Source: Pristiophorus japonicus (Eukaryota). Taken from it: 64,000 nt of DNA. The position numbers and the translations under genes were made by a program. Where the stretch lies: positions 98,270,001-98,334,000 of the forward strand of contig NC_091989.1 of the NCBI RefSeq assembly GCF_044704955.1, written 5' to 3'. The notes beneath the pieces are model-generated. The model worked only from the letters and a program-made list of their open reading frames with translations. It searched no databases and was not told the origin of the DNA. The number at the start of each line of letters is the position of its first letter. Position 1 is the first letter of the stretch. Below, in pieces: positions 13,034-26,424 of the stretch.

Positions 13034-16000
13034 TCACCTCCCCCCAAAGTCTTATTGGGATTACAGGTTAAATCTCTCTGATGGTTTACGCTCCCTTGTA
13101 GAGCGCCTGAGTTGGGGCTCCGGTTGTTGGGCACTGGCCTGAGTGTCTGCTGTTTGCGGTGCCTCAGGCCTGTCCGGACTGCCCACAGTGACTGGGCTCT
13201 CCTCCACTTAGTTCCGGTGTTCGGTCACGTGTGGTGGAGTGAACTCAACAACGCATTCTTCCTCTGCTTCTTCTATGGGGTTGCTGAACCTCCTTTTTGT
13301 TTGATCCACGTGTTTGCGGCAGATTTGTCCATTGGTAAGTTTAACTACCAGAATCATATTCCCCTGTTTGGCAATCACAGTACCTGCGAACCATTTGGGC
13401 CCTGCAGTGTAGTTGAGGACAAAGACAGGGTCGTTGACATCAATACATCGCGCCCTCGCATTCCCGTCATGGTAGTCACATTGTGACCGGCGCCTGCTCT
13501 CAACAATTTCTTTCATGGTGGGGTGCATAACGGATAGCCTGGTTTTAAGCATCCTTTTCATTAGCAGTTCTGCGGGTGGAATCCCTGGGAGCGAGTCTGG
13601 TCGGGATCTATTGGCCAACAGAAGGCATGATAAGCGGCTTTGTAGGGAACCCCCTTGGATTCTGAGCATTCCCTGTTTGATTATCTGCACTGCTCGTTCT
13701 GTCTGGTGTTTGAGGCCGGCTTGAACAGTGCCGTTCTGACATGGTTGATACCATTTCCTGCCATGAAGTCCTGTAATTCAATGCTAGTAAAGCACGGGCC
13801 ATTGTCACTGAATAAAATGTCCGGTAGACCATGGGTGGCGAACATTGCCCGTAGACTTTCTATCGTGGCAGAGGATGTGCTTGAATTGAGAATGTCACAC
13901 TCAATCCATTTGGAGTAGGCATCTACGAGAACCAAGTACATTTTACCCATGAAAGGACCTGCGTAGTCCACATGGATGTGTGACCATGGCTTGGCGGGCC
14001 AGGACCAGGGGCTAAGTGGGGCTTCCCTGGGTGCATTGCCCAGCTGGGCACACGTGTTGCACCTGCAAACACAAAGTTCCAGGTCTGCATCTATCCCTGG
14101 CCACCAAACGTGTGACCTGGCAATTGCCTTCATCATAACAATGCCCGGGTGCTCATTGTGGAGTTCTCGGATGAATGCCTCTCTGACCATCTGGGGCATG
14201 ACTACTTGGTTTCCCCATAGTAGGCAATCGGCCTGAATCGAGAGTTCATCCTTGCGCCTGTGAAATGGTTTAAATTCCTCAGGGAATGCCCCGTACGTGG
14301 CTGCCCAGTCCGCATTCAGGTCACATTTCTTGACTAAAGCCAGTAACGGGTCTCTATTTGTCCAGACGGGCTGTCACGGGTGAGCCTTCGCTTTCAAAAG
14401 CTTCAACATCCATGACCATCTCAGCAGCATGCTCGGTTGCCCCCTTGGTGGTGGCTAGTGGGTGCTTGCTGAGTGCATCAGCGCAGTTTTCAGTGCCCAG
14501 TCTATGCCGAATGGTATAGTCATAGGCGGCTAACGTGTGTGTCTACCTCTGTATGCGGGCCGATGCATTTGCATTCATGGCCTTGTTGTCGGCCAAAAGG
14601 GACATTAGGGGTTTGTGATCTATCTCCAGCTCAAAGTTCCTCAAACAGGTACTGGTGCATTTTCTTTTCTGCATTTACATATGCAAGCGCTTCCTTTTCT
14701 ACCATCCCATAGCCCCTTTCTGCGCGAGACAGACTTCTTGAGGCAGAAGCTACTGGCTGTAACTGACCCTTGGTATTAACATGCTGCAACACACACCCGA
14801 CCCCATAGAATGATGCATCACATGTTAAAACAAGTTTCTTACATGGGTCATATAGCTTCAACAGATCGTTGGAGCACAACAAATTGCGTGCACTATCAAA
14901 AGCCCTTTCTTGGCTGTGCCCCCCAGACCCATTCATGACCTTTGCGTAGGAGCACATGTAGCAGCTCTAACAGCGTGCTCAGTTTGGGAAGAAAGTTACC
15001 AAAATAGTTCAGGAGGCCCAGGAACGAATGCAGCTCCTTCGTGTTACAGAGTCTGGGTGCTCTCTGAATCGCTTCTGTTTTGGAAGTGGTAGGTCTGATC
15101 CCGTCTGCTGCTACCCTCATCCCCAGAAATTCTACCTCTGGAGCTAGGAAGACGCACTTCGCTTTTTTCAGTCGCAGACCTACCCGGTCCAGTCTGCGTA
15201 GCACCTCCTCCAGGTTGTGGAGGTGTTCTTCAGTATCGGGACCCATAATGACGACGTCGTCTTGAAAAACCACCATCCTTGGAATCGACATGAGGAGACA
15301 TTCCATGTTTTGTTGAAAGATCGCGGCGGCCGAGCGAATCCCGAACGGACATCTGTTGCACTCAAACAACCCCTTGTGTGTCGTGATGGTGGTCAGCTTC
15401 TTCGACTCACTCGCCAGCTCCTGGGTCATGTAAGCTGAGGTCAGGTCCAATTTTGAAAAAAATTTGCCACCAGATAGCGTTGCAAAGAGGTCCTCCGCTC
15501 TTGGTAGCAGGTACTAGTCTTGGAGTGACACCCGACTGATGGTGGCCTTGTAATCGCCATATTTCCTGACTGACCCATCCGCCTTGAGCATCAGCACAAT
15601 CGGGCTTGCCCAGTCACTGAATTCGACTGGTGAGATGATGCCTTCCCTCAGCAGGCGATCCAATTCACCTTCTATCTTTTCCTGCATCATGTACGGCACT
15701 GCTCTGGCCTTGTGGTGTACTGGCCTGGCGTCCAGATTTATGTGAATCACTACTTTGTCCGCATGAAAGTGCCAATGCCGGGTTGAAATAGTGAGTCAAA
15801 TTTGTCCAGGACCTGTGAGCATGATATTCGCTCCACAGATGAAATTGCATTGACATCGCCCCATTTCCAGTTCATGACAGCAAGCCAACTCCTCCCCAGT
15901 AGTGCGGGACCGTCGCCCGGGACAATCCAGAGTGGCAACCTGTTCTCCGAATCTTTGTGGGTCACGACTACCATGGCGCTGCCTAGCACCGGAATGATTT

Positions 16001-17263
16001 CCTTTGTATATGTCCATAACTGTGCATCAATCGGCAATAATTTTGGCCTCCTGGCCTTGGACGCCCACAACTTGTCGAACTGTTTGATACTCATCAGGGA
16101 CTGGCTGGCCCCCGTGTCTAGCTCTATTGATACTGGGATGCCATTGAGGAGTACTTTCATCATTATCGGTGGCGTCCTGGTGTATGAACTGTTTTTGTGC
16201 TCCACATGAACTCGCTGAACTTCAGCTTCCAGCAAGTTCCCCCAGTGTCCATTTGGCCTCGTAGGGCTTACATCGAGCCCGTCCTCCTCGTACTTCAACC
16301 TGGCTTCAGGCTTCCTGCACATACGCGCCAAGTGACCGCTGACGTTGCAGTTTCTGCAGGTATGTTGCTGATACCTGCAAGCTCTGGCTGTGTGTTTGCC
16401 TCCACACCTCCAACATGAGCCGTTGTTGGAAACAAAAGGTCCATTACCAGTCGATCATCTTTGACTGTCTCTGTAACTGTCCTTAAACACACCATTGACA
16501 GGTGTTGATGGCCCCATTACTAGCCGCATTGTCCCTTGTGATGGCATGAATCGCTGTTCAGCTAGTCATTTTCTCTGTTGAATTCCCCCTCTGGGTTTGA
16601 CTACATGCTCGGGCATGGCCGATTGCCTCTGTCTGCCTGGAGAACTGTGTGCCGTGTTAACAATGTTGACTCCCTGTCCATTTGCTGCATTTAAACCAAG
16701 ATTTTTGTCAAACATCATTCTAGTCTCTTCCTCCCCGAGATAAATGTCTGGGCCATCAAAGCCGCCATTTCCAAGGTCAAGTCTTTGATCTCAATCAGTT
16801 TCCTGAAAACCCCAGTGTGCCCGATGCCCTCAATGAAAAAGTCTCACAGCATCTCCTCTCTGCATGGATCTGGGAACTTACATAGGCTCGCCAGTCGCCG
16901 GAGATCTGCCACGAAGTCTGGAACGCTTTGCCCTTCTCGCCGCCGGTGCGTGTACAATCGATGTCTCACCATGTGCATGCTGCTCGCCGGTTTAAAGTGT
17001 TCCCCGATCAACTTACTGAGCTCTTCAAAAGTCTTGTCCGCCGGCTTCTCTGGCGCTAGAAGGTCCTTCATCAGGGAGTATGCCCTGGATCCACAAACTG
17101 GCAGGAGATGAGCCCTGCCTTTGTCGGCCGAATCCTGTCCCAGCCATTCCTTTGTGATGAAACTTTGCTGTAGTATCTCAATAAAATCGTCCCAATCATC
17201 ACCAACATCTGTGCTGCTAGTGGCCATGCTCGTGTTGTTTAAATCCCAGCTTCTCATCGCCAA
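13034..17263 (-). pseudogene. Gypsy internal gag-pol, copy 1 (frameshifted)
   Basis: Fragmented ORFs 17326-16844, 16331-15750, 15450-14896, 14957-14631, 14199-13681. Confidence 0.93.
17241..17262 (-). other. Primer-binding site, tRNA-Ser(GCU)-like (repeated at 21690-21711)
   Basis: Minus strand TGGCGATGAGAAGCTGGGATTT next to the LTR; resembles the complement of the tRNA-Ser(GCU) 3' end (TGGCGACGAGGATGGGATT, from recall). Confidence 0.65.
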
Positions 17264-17482
17264 TAATATGTCCTTACTGCTCGAGAGAAGGTCACTCTGT
17301 GACCAGTAACCTTTATTAGCCAGCACTGAACTGGAGAAGATGGGTGGAGTTTTCCCTTTTATAGCTGAAAGTCCAGGTTAGGAGTGTCTCCCACAAGTTC
17401 AACACCTAGTGGTCAGTGTTCTCACGGTGTACAACTTAGGTCAGTTTATACATGAATTAAAATGACAGTTGAATACATGGCA
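17264..17482 (-). repeat. Gypsy middle LTR (219 bp, chimeric)
   Basis: Left part carries the variants of the 21713 LTR; right part carries the variants of the 12786 LTR. Confidence 0.92.
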
Positions 17483-20400
17483 TCACCTCCCCCCAAAGTC
17501 TTATTGGGATTACAGGTTAAATCTCTCTGATGGTTTACGCTCCCTTGTAGAGCGCCTGAGTTGGGGCTCCGGTTGTTGGGCACTGGCCTGAGTGTCTGCT
17601 GTTTGCGGTGCCTCAGGCCTGTCCGGACTGCCCACAGTGACTGGGCTCTCCTCCACTTAGTTCCGGTGTTCGGTCACGTGTGGTGGAGTGAACTCAACAA
17701 CGCATTCTTCCTCTGCTTCTTCTATGGGGTTGCTGAACCTCCTTTTTGTTTGATCCACGTGTTTGCGGCAGATTTGTCCATTGGTAAGTTTAACTACCAG
17801 AATCATATTCCCCTGTTTGGCAATCACAGTACCTGCGAACCATTTGGGCCCTGCAGTGTAGTTGAGGACAAAGACAGGGTCGTTGACATCAATACATCGC
17901 GCCCTCGCATTCCCGTCATGGTAGTCACATTGTGACCGGCGCCTGCTCTCAACAATTTCTTTCATGGTGGGGTGCATAACGGATAGCCTGGTTTTAAGCA
18001 TCCTTTTCATTAGCAGTTCTGCGGGTGGAATCCCTGGGAGCGAGTCTGGTCGGGATCTATTGGCCAACAGAAGGCATGATAAGCGGCTTTGTAGGGAACC
18101 CCCTTGGATTCTGAGCATTCCCTGTTTGATTATCTGCACTGCTCGTTCCGTCTGGTGTTTGAGGCCGGCTTGAACAGTGCCGTTCTGACATGGTTGATAC
18201 CATTTCCTGCCATGAAGTCCTGTAATTCAATGCTAGTAAAGCACGGGCCATTGTCACTGAATAAAATGTCCGGTAGACCATGGGTGGCGAACATTGCCCG
18301 TAGACTTTCTATCGTGGCAGAGGATGTGCTTGAATTGAGAATGTCACACTCAATCCATTTGGAGTAGGCATCTACGAGAACCAAGTACATTTTACCCATG
18401 AAAGGACCTGCGTAGTCCACATGGATGTGTGACCATGGCTTGGCGGGCCAGGACCAGGGGCTAAGTGGGGCTTCCCTGGGTGCATTGCCCAGCTGGGCAC
18501 ACGTGTTGCACCTGCAAACACAAAGTTCCAGGTCTGCATCTATCCCTGGCCACCAAACGTGTGACCTGGCAATTGCCTTCATCATAACAATGCCCGGGTG
18601 CTCATTGTGGAGTTCTCGGATGAATGCCTCTCTGACCATCTGGGGCATGACTACTTGGTTTCCCCATAGTAGGCAATCGGCCTGAATCGAGAGTTCATCC
18701 TTGCGCCTGTGAAATGGTTTAAATTCCTCAGGGAATGCCCCGTACGTGGCTGCCCAGTCCGCATTCAGGTCACATTTCTTGACTAAAGCCAGTAACGGGT
18801 CTCTATTTGTCCAGACGGGCTGTCACGGGTGAGCCTTCGCTTTCAAAAGCTTCAACATCCATGACCATCTCAGCAGCATGCTCGGTTGCCCCCTTGGTGG
18901 TGGCTAGTGGGTGCTTGCTGAGTGCATCAGCGCAGTTTTCAGTGCCCAGTCTATGCCGAATGGTATAGTCATAGGCGGCTAACGTGTGTGTCTACCTCTG
19001 TATGCGGGCCGATGCATTTGCATTCATGGCCTTGTTGTCGGCCAAAAGGGACATTAGGGGTTTGTGATCTATCTCCAGCTCAAAGTTCCTCAAACAGGTA
19101 CTGGTGCATTTTCTTTTCTGCATTTACATATGCAAGCGCTTCCTTTTCTACCATCCCATAGCCCCTTTCTGCGCGAGACAGACTTCTTGAGGCAGAAGCT
19201 ACTGGCTGTAACTGACCCTTGGTATTAACATGCTGCAACACACACCCGACCCCATAGAATGATGCATCACATGTTAAAACAAGTTTCTTACATGGGTCAT
19301 ATAGCTTCAACAGATCGTTGGAGCACAACAAATTGCGTGCACTATCAAAAGCCCTTTCTTGGCTGTGCCCCCCAGACCCATTCATGACCTTTGCGTAGGA
19401 GCACATGTAGCAGCTCTAACAGCGTGCTCAGTTTGGGAAGAAAGTTACCAAAATAGTTCAGGAGGCCCAGGAACGAATGCAGCTCCTTCGTGTTACAGAG
19501 TCTGGGTGCTCTCTGAATCGCTTCTGTTTTGGAAGTGGTAGGTCTGATCCCGTCTGCTGCTACCCTCATCCCCAGAAATTCTACCTCTGGAGCTAGGAAG
19601 ACGCACTTCGCTTTTTTCAGTCGCAGACCTACCCGGTCCAGTCTGCGTAGCACCTCCTCCAGGTTGTGGAGGTGTTCTTCAGTATCGGGACCCATAATGA
19701 CGACGTCGTCTTGAAAAACCACCATCCTTGGAATCGACATGAGGAGACATTCCATGTTTTGTTGAAAGATCGCGGCGGCCGAGCGAATCCCGAACGGACA
19801 TCTGTTGCACTCAAACAACCCCTTGTGTGTCGTGATGGTGGTCAGCTTCTTCGACTCACTCGCCAGCTCCTGGGTCATGTAAGCTGAGGTCAGGTCCAAT
19901 TTTGAAAAAAGTTTGCCACCAGATAGCGTTGCAAAGAGGTCCTCCGCTCTTGGTAGCAGGTACTAGTCTTGGAGTGACACCCGACTGATGGTGGCCTTGT
20001 AATCGCCATATTTCCTGACTGACCCATCCGCCTTGAGCATCAGCACAATCGGGCTTGCCCAGTCACTGAATTCGACTGGTGAGATGATGCCTTCCCTCAG
20101 CAGGCGATCCAATTCACCTTCTATCTTTTCCTGCATCATGTACGGCACTGCTCTGGCCTTGTGGTGTACTGGCCTGGCGTCCAGATTTATGTGAATCACT
20201 ACTTTGTCCGCATGAAAGTGCCAATGCCGGGTTGAAATAGTGAGTCAAATTTGTCCAGGACCTGTGAGCATGATATTCGCTCCACAGATGAAATTGCATT
20301 GACATCGCCCCATTTCCAGTTCATGACAGCAAGCCAACTCCTCCCCAGTAGTGCGGGACCGTCGCCCGGGACAATCCAGAGTGGCAACCTGTTCTCCGAA

Positions 20401-21712
20401 TCTTTGTGGGTCACGACTACCATGGCGCTGCCTAGCACCGGAATGATTTCCTTTGTATATGTCCATAACTGTGCATCAATCGGCAATAATTTTGGCCTCC
20501 TGGCCTTGGACGCCCACAACTTGTCGAACTGTTTGATACTCATCAGGGACTGGCTGGCCCCCGTGTCTAGCTCTATTGATACTGGGATGCCATTGAGGAG
20601 TACTTTCATCATTATCGGTGGCGTCCTGGTGTATGAACTGTTTTTGTGCTCCACATGAACTCGCTGAACTTCAGCTTCCAGCAAGTTCCCCCAGTGTCCA
20701 TTTGGCCTCGTAGGGCTTACATCGAGCCCGTCCTCCTCGTACTTCAACCTGGCTTCAGGCTTCCTGCACATACGCGCCAAGTGACCGCTGACGTTGCAGT
20801 TTCTGCAGGTATGTTGCTGATACCTGCAAGCTCTGGCTGTGTGTTTGCCTCCACACCTCCAACATGAGCCGTTGTTGGAAACAAAAGGTCCATTACCAGT
20901 CGATCATCTTTGACTGTCTCTGTAACTGTCCTTAAACACACCATTGACAGGTGTTGATGGCCCCATTACTAGCCGCATTGTCCCTTGTGATGGCATGAAT
21001 CGCTGTTCAGCTAGTCATTTTCTCTGTTGAATTCCCCCTCTGGGTTTGACTACATGCTCGGGCATGGCCGATTGCCTCTGTCTGCCTGGAGAACTGTGTG
21101 CCGTGTTAACAATGTTGACTCCCTGTCCATTTGCTGCATTTAAACCAAGATTTTTGTCAAACATCATTCTAGTCTCTTCCTCCCCGAGATAAATGTCTGG
21201 GCCATCAAAGCCGCCATTTCCAAGGTCAAGTCTTTGATCTCAATCAGTTTCCTGAAAACCCCAGTGTGCCCGATGCCCTCAATGAAAAAGTCTCACAGCA
21301 TCTCCTCTCTGCATGGATCTGGGAACTTACATAGGCTCGCCAGTCGCCGGAGATCTGCCACGAAGTCTGGAATGCTTTGCCCTTCTCGCCGCCGGTGCGT
21401 GTACAATCGATGTCTCACCATGTGCATGCTGCTCGCCGGTTTAAAGTGTTCCCCGATCAACTTACTGAGCTCTTCAAAAGTCTTGTCCGCCGGCTTCTCT
21501 GGCGCTAGAAGGTCCTTCATCAGGGAGTATGCCCTGGATCCACAAACTGGCAGGAGATGAGCCCTGCCTTTGTCGGCCGAATCCTGTCCCAGCCATTCCT
21601 TTGTGATGAAACTTTGCTGTAGTATCTCAATAAAATCGTCCCAATCATCACCAACATCTGTGCTGCTAGTGGCCATGCTCGTGTTGTTTAAATCCCAGCT
21701 TCTCATCGCCAA
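17483..21712 (-). pseudogene. Gypsy internal gag-pol, copy 2 (near-identical to copy 1)
   Basis: Same ORF set offset by 4449 bp, with the same disabling lesions. Confidence 0.93.
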
Positions 21713-21931
21713 TAATATGTCCTTACTGCTCGAGAGAAGGTCACTCTGTGACCAGTAACCTTTATTAGCCAGCACTGAACTGGAGAAGATGGGTGGAGTT
21801 TTCCCTTTTATAGCTGAAAGTCCAGGTTAGGAGTGTCTCCCACAAGTTCAACACCTAGTGGTCATTGTTCTCATGGTGTACAACTTAGGTCAGTTTATAC
21901 ATGGATTACAATGACAGTTGAATACATGACA
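21713..21931 (-). repeat. Gypsy 5' LTR (219 bp)
   Basis: Minus strand begins TGTCATGTATTC; flanked by TSD GATCC and the PBS. Confidence 0.93.
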
Positions 21932-23339
21932 GATCCTAACAGTAAACGCCCAAAACAGTTTTGGCCTGTTCCTGTTGGGCGTGAATCACAGAAAAAACGG
22001 TCCAGTTTGGAACCAATTTTCACTCTCACTGAGAGAAACCATAGGATAATTAGTGCAGGAGTGCAAAACAAAATTACTGGTCTACATGCCAGATTCTACT
22101 CAGGTTAGGGCTGAGCCATGTGGTTAATTCGTGCCTCTCTTGCCATGGATCGTGCTGACAGCATAACATTGGCTCTCTGTTATATGTAAGGAAATAGCAA
22201 ATCGATTCGTTATAAACAGAATTTTGTCATACATAGATACTACATAGATAAAGCAGGATATCGCCCCTGTTCTTAGCCCTCACATTCTTCACTGGGATAA
22301 ATGCAAAATTCACACTAACAGATTTTTAAAAGGAGGAAATAGAGTTTGTAGATCAGTTAAACTAAAAACAGAAACTTTTGCCGTGCCTGATCAGTAACCC
22401 CATAGCACCCCATTACCGCCAGCACAGGCACTAACGGGAGGCACAAAGCAGCCGAATTTTTCCCCGTTATATTTCATTGTTGAAACAAAGCGGTCCACAG
22501 CCAATGGATTTTTTTTGAAGTGCTAGCACTGTTTTGTCGACAAACAGAGCAGTCAATGTGAACACAACAAGGTCACACAAACAGCAAATATTTTGAATGG
22601 TCAGCATATTTTATGTTAACTTGGGAAGGACTGCTGACTGGGAAACTGGGAAAGCGGTGCGTTCTTCGTTAAAAATACCAAGGGGGCGGAGGTTACTTTT
22701 ACCTAAACTGGCAGTCGGTTCCTTAGTTAATCTTAAAGCTGACAGTTCAATTAAGGCAGAATTCCCTCAGTACCATATATTATATCAACGCACACTTCCT
22801 GTCAATTTTAATATTTATAATGGAAATTGCTTCTGTTAGTTTGTCAAGCTGTAAATAGACCTCTCCCCATCAGAAGCATTGCAGCGCCGCCACTAGCAGA
22901 TGGGCGTAATTGCAGCTGGATGTGTTTAACTTTGGGACATTTTCATTCTAAAAATACATATCGGAATTTACAATGCAGAATGTATATGACTTTGAATGAG
23001 TATGCCTGCAGAGATCCAAATATCACAAATAACCCTGCTTCACCTGATGACTACAATGCAATTTGAGTCGCTTTGTTGATTGTACTGTATTTTATGAAAT
23101 TTACCTTAACTTTTAAGAAAATGGCTGATGTGGACTTGCATAATAGAAGCATAGCCAGTGATTTATGATAAGAGGAGCTGCAACAAAATAGTCGGCCTTC
23201 ATGATGGGTGTTACATCATTTTGTGGAATATTTCAGCATTTCCTGTTACTGATCATTACTTAACCTTCATACAAAAAGAACGAGGACGAGAGTGGGTTAG
23301 CTCTATTGATAAAGGATGGAATCACTTAAATAGTGAGAA

Positions 23340-23962
23340 ATGATATTGGCTCAAATGATCAGGATGTTGAAACAGTTTGGGTGTAGATAAGGAATAAGAG
23401 GAAAAAGTCACTGGTGGGCATAGTCTTTAGGCCCCGTAACAGTAGCAACTCTATTAGTCAGAGCATAAACCAGGAAATAGTGGGGACTTGTAAAAAGGGA
23501 ACAGCAATAATCATGGGTGATTTTAACCTCCATTGGACAAATTAAATTGGTCAGGGTAGCCTTGAGGAAGAGTTCATAGAATGCATAAGGGACGGGTTCC
23601 TTGAGCATTATGTAAAGGAACCAACCAGGGGGCAGCCTATCTTAGATCTGGTCCTGTGTAATGAGACAGGATTAATAAACAATCTCCCAGTAAAGGATCC
23701 CCTTGGAATGAGTGATCATAGCATGATTGAATTTCAAATTCAGATGGACGGTGAGAAAGTTGGATCTCTAACAAGCGTACTAATCTTAAATAAAGGAGAC
23801 TATGAAGGTATAAGGGCAGAGTCAGCTAAAATGAACTGGGAAAATAGATTAAACTGCAGGACAGTTGATGAAGAGCGGTGTACATTTAAGGAGATATTTC
23901 ACAACCTTGAAGAAAAATATATTCCAGTGAGGAGGAAAGGGTGTAAGAGAAAAGATAGCCAT
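23340..23962 (+). mobile_element. CR1 LINE endonuclease-region fragment
   Basis: IIMGDFN, ILDLVLCN, SDHSMIEF motifs. Confidence 0.88.
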
Positions 23963-25510
23963 CCGCCTGGCAGCTCCTGAAACATCGCAGATATAATGCT
24001 CTCACATTGGATGAAAGTATCATGGATGCTAGTGGGATATTTGTCATACACTGCCATGATCTACTGCAGATCGTCGCACACCAGCTGCACATTTAGGGAG
24101 TGAAACCCTTTCCTTTTGCAGTAAATTTTGGAATCTTGCAAGGGTGCTCTCAAGGCGATGTGGGTACAGTCAATGGCACCTTATACCCTGGGGAAGCCAG
24201 CAATTCTGGAGAACCCCACAGCACTGACTCTCATTACCTGCATGGTCATAGGGACCCCGACCTGCGAGGAAGCACCAGCCACAGGTCAGGGATATAAGAG
24301 GAGCGGCGGCCCTGGAAACAGCGCGGTGCCCCAACCTGCACAGAAATATCAGCGCAGGTCAGGGGTATAAGAGGAGGAACATGCCACTTCATGATACAGT
24401 GCGAGCCATTCCAGGAGGGCGACAGCTTTGAGGAGGGCAACTGAGTGACGCCAGCAAAACCCAAGTCGCCGCTTGGAGCGTGGGCAGGAACTTTGGCGGG
24501 GCCTCGGTACAGTAAAGGTGTGGCGAATGATTGGGGCGGATGTGTGACGACAGATCATGGTGTAGGTGCTGCGAATGACCGGCACAGAGGAACGGAGAGA
24601 GATTGGGGCACGAGCGCCGTGATGTGGGCCCAGGGGCAGCACGGGCCAGCCCACACTGTGATATGTGTGCGCACTAAGTCCGTGCAGCAGAGCTGGTCTC
24701 CAGTTGTCTTGGTTAATCCTTGCCACTGAACCAAGACCAAGCTCTGTCAAGCCCATGTGGTGGCTGGTGTGCAGTGGCCACCACACATTAATAAAATCCA
24801 TGCACAGGCATCTTCCACCCTTCAATGTGTAGTACGCGACCTGGAATATCAGGTCATCATCGAAACATCTGTTGAACTCATCCCTTTTTGGTGTGGAAGC
24901 AAGTCATCCTCAATACGAGGGACTGCTAAGAAGAAAGAAGATAGGGAAAGAGATGAACTGATCCCTTTTGGCATACAGTGCAGCAGTCACCTGGGGAATG
25001 CAGCAATAGATGGTGTGCTGAGTGATCGAGCATACGTCCTCAGTTAAAGCTTGAAATGGGCACCAGAGGGACAGGAATGCATCATCACCCCCGACAACCA
25101 AATTTTAATTTGAAGCACGTAACGTCTAAAGTTTAATTTGTTTATTTGTCGGTCTATTGCCCCTTTAATAAAGGGGCACTTGTATTACACTTGATTTACA
25201 GGTACAACTTAAAATAGTTGAAACTTGAAATGATCCCGCAGCATAGAAGGCATGTGCCGCTGTTACCTTTACTTCTTCAGGTAGGGCAGTCCTCCTTCCA
25301 CTTCTTGGCCATATTTCTGCCCTGATTAGTTGGCAGATCTCAGTGATGACCTCCTTTCTGAATCACAGCCTGGAATGCAGTCTGCCTCACTTAGTTGCAG
25401 GTATGAGCGCCTCTCCCTATAGACTCGCTGAGGGTAAGCCTGTCTCCCTGATAACGGCATCGAATTATTCATCGCCTCTGCATGCCATATATGGCCAATA
25501 CCCTTATCAC
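23963..25510 (-). mobile_element. Degenerate PIF/Harbinger transposase, split by an insertion at 24255-24940
   Basis: Manual minus-strand translation: RSYLQLSEADC..FRKEVITEICQL..VKVTAAHAFYAAGS; QVTAALYAKRDQFISFP; [18 protein letters not shown]...[14 protein letters not shown] (HARBI1-type DDE motifs). Confidence 0.88.
24255..24940 (+). mobile_element. Non-autonomous bipartite RTE-derived retroelement
   Basis: TSD ATAGGGA (24248-24254, 24941-24947); 24685-24860 matches the RTE 5' region 37692-37855; 24895-24927 matches the RTE 3' end; (AAG)n tail. Confidence 0.8.
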
Positions 25511-26424
25511 ATCAGGCATGCTAAAAATTGCGCCCATTATAATTGTTATTATGCAGATAACTACTTAAATCACTGACACCTTTCCTCTCCTTTTGTTCCA
25601 CAAGGCTGGGTGACGCCCTAGGTCGACCCACACCCTGTTTGTTTGTACAGTGATTCTCCTGAGTCACCTGTGACAAATGGTGAGATCGAGCTTGCTGCTG
25701 TGCCTGTGCACAAAACATTTGGGATGCTGACTACAGTGACTCTCCTGGGCTCTGATACTTATATCTGGCCGAGCCCCCGACCCTGCCCGGCCGGCACTTC
25801 CCCGACCTATACCTGGAGCCCGGCCAGCAACGATTGTTTTGGGGTGGACAGTCGCGATTTGAGTGAAAAAGAACCACCCTCACCCTAACCACCCTCACCC
25901 TAACCCAGCAAAGTTATTTCAGTTACCTCCGTCCGAAAAACATATACATTTGTTTATTAAATTGTCTCACTCCAAAAACTCGGAAATTAATTTGCGAGTT
26001 ATTTTCAGAGTACCATGTGCAAAAAAATCCATGTATTTGTATTTTATTTTATCCTCTTTTGCCTGGCCCCAATGTCCTTTTGTGCGCCGCGCTGATTTCC
26101 TTAAGTTCACAGAAGGTTTTGTTTCTGGGGAGCTTTTTGGCAGTGTGCGCCGCGTTGAAAAATATCATGGACGGCCAAAATCTCCTAACTGCAGAAAAAT
26201 GGCGCCCGAGCCCGTTTTCACTTGTGTCTGCACCAAAAAAATTTAACTGGCGCACATGATCCGCGCCGTCGTACACACGTTGGTGAAAATTGGAAATTCA
26301 GGATTTGACGCAAAAAAGTTTGGATGCCAAAAAACGATACATATTCATGGCGAAAACAGGCGCCTTTGTATCTGTCTTCATAGAAGAAGACGTAAAAAAA
26401 AAACCTCCTGGCAAAAATGGAGGA

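Larger units (their letters stand above)
12786..21931 (-). mobile_element. Ty3/Gypsy (Mag-like) LTR retrotransposon tandem: LTR-int-LTR-int-LTR, 4449-bp period
   Basis: 5-bp TSD GATCC (12781-12785, 21932-21936); order gag, PR (ELDTGAS), RT (VFQDD), RH (LTCDAS), IN (HHCC, HVDYAGP, SDNGP); two gag zinc knuckles. Confidence 0.96.

Noticed and set aside
13034-21712. Active or domesticated Gypsy gag-pol
   Set aside because: Multiple frameshifts and stops shared by both copies; their identity reflects duplication, not selection
25872-25906. Telomere-like CCCTAA repeats
   Set aside because: Only a two-copy 15-bp local duplication
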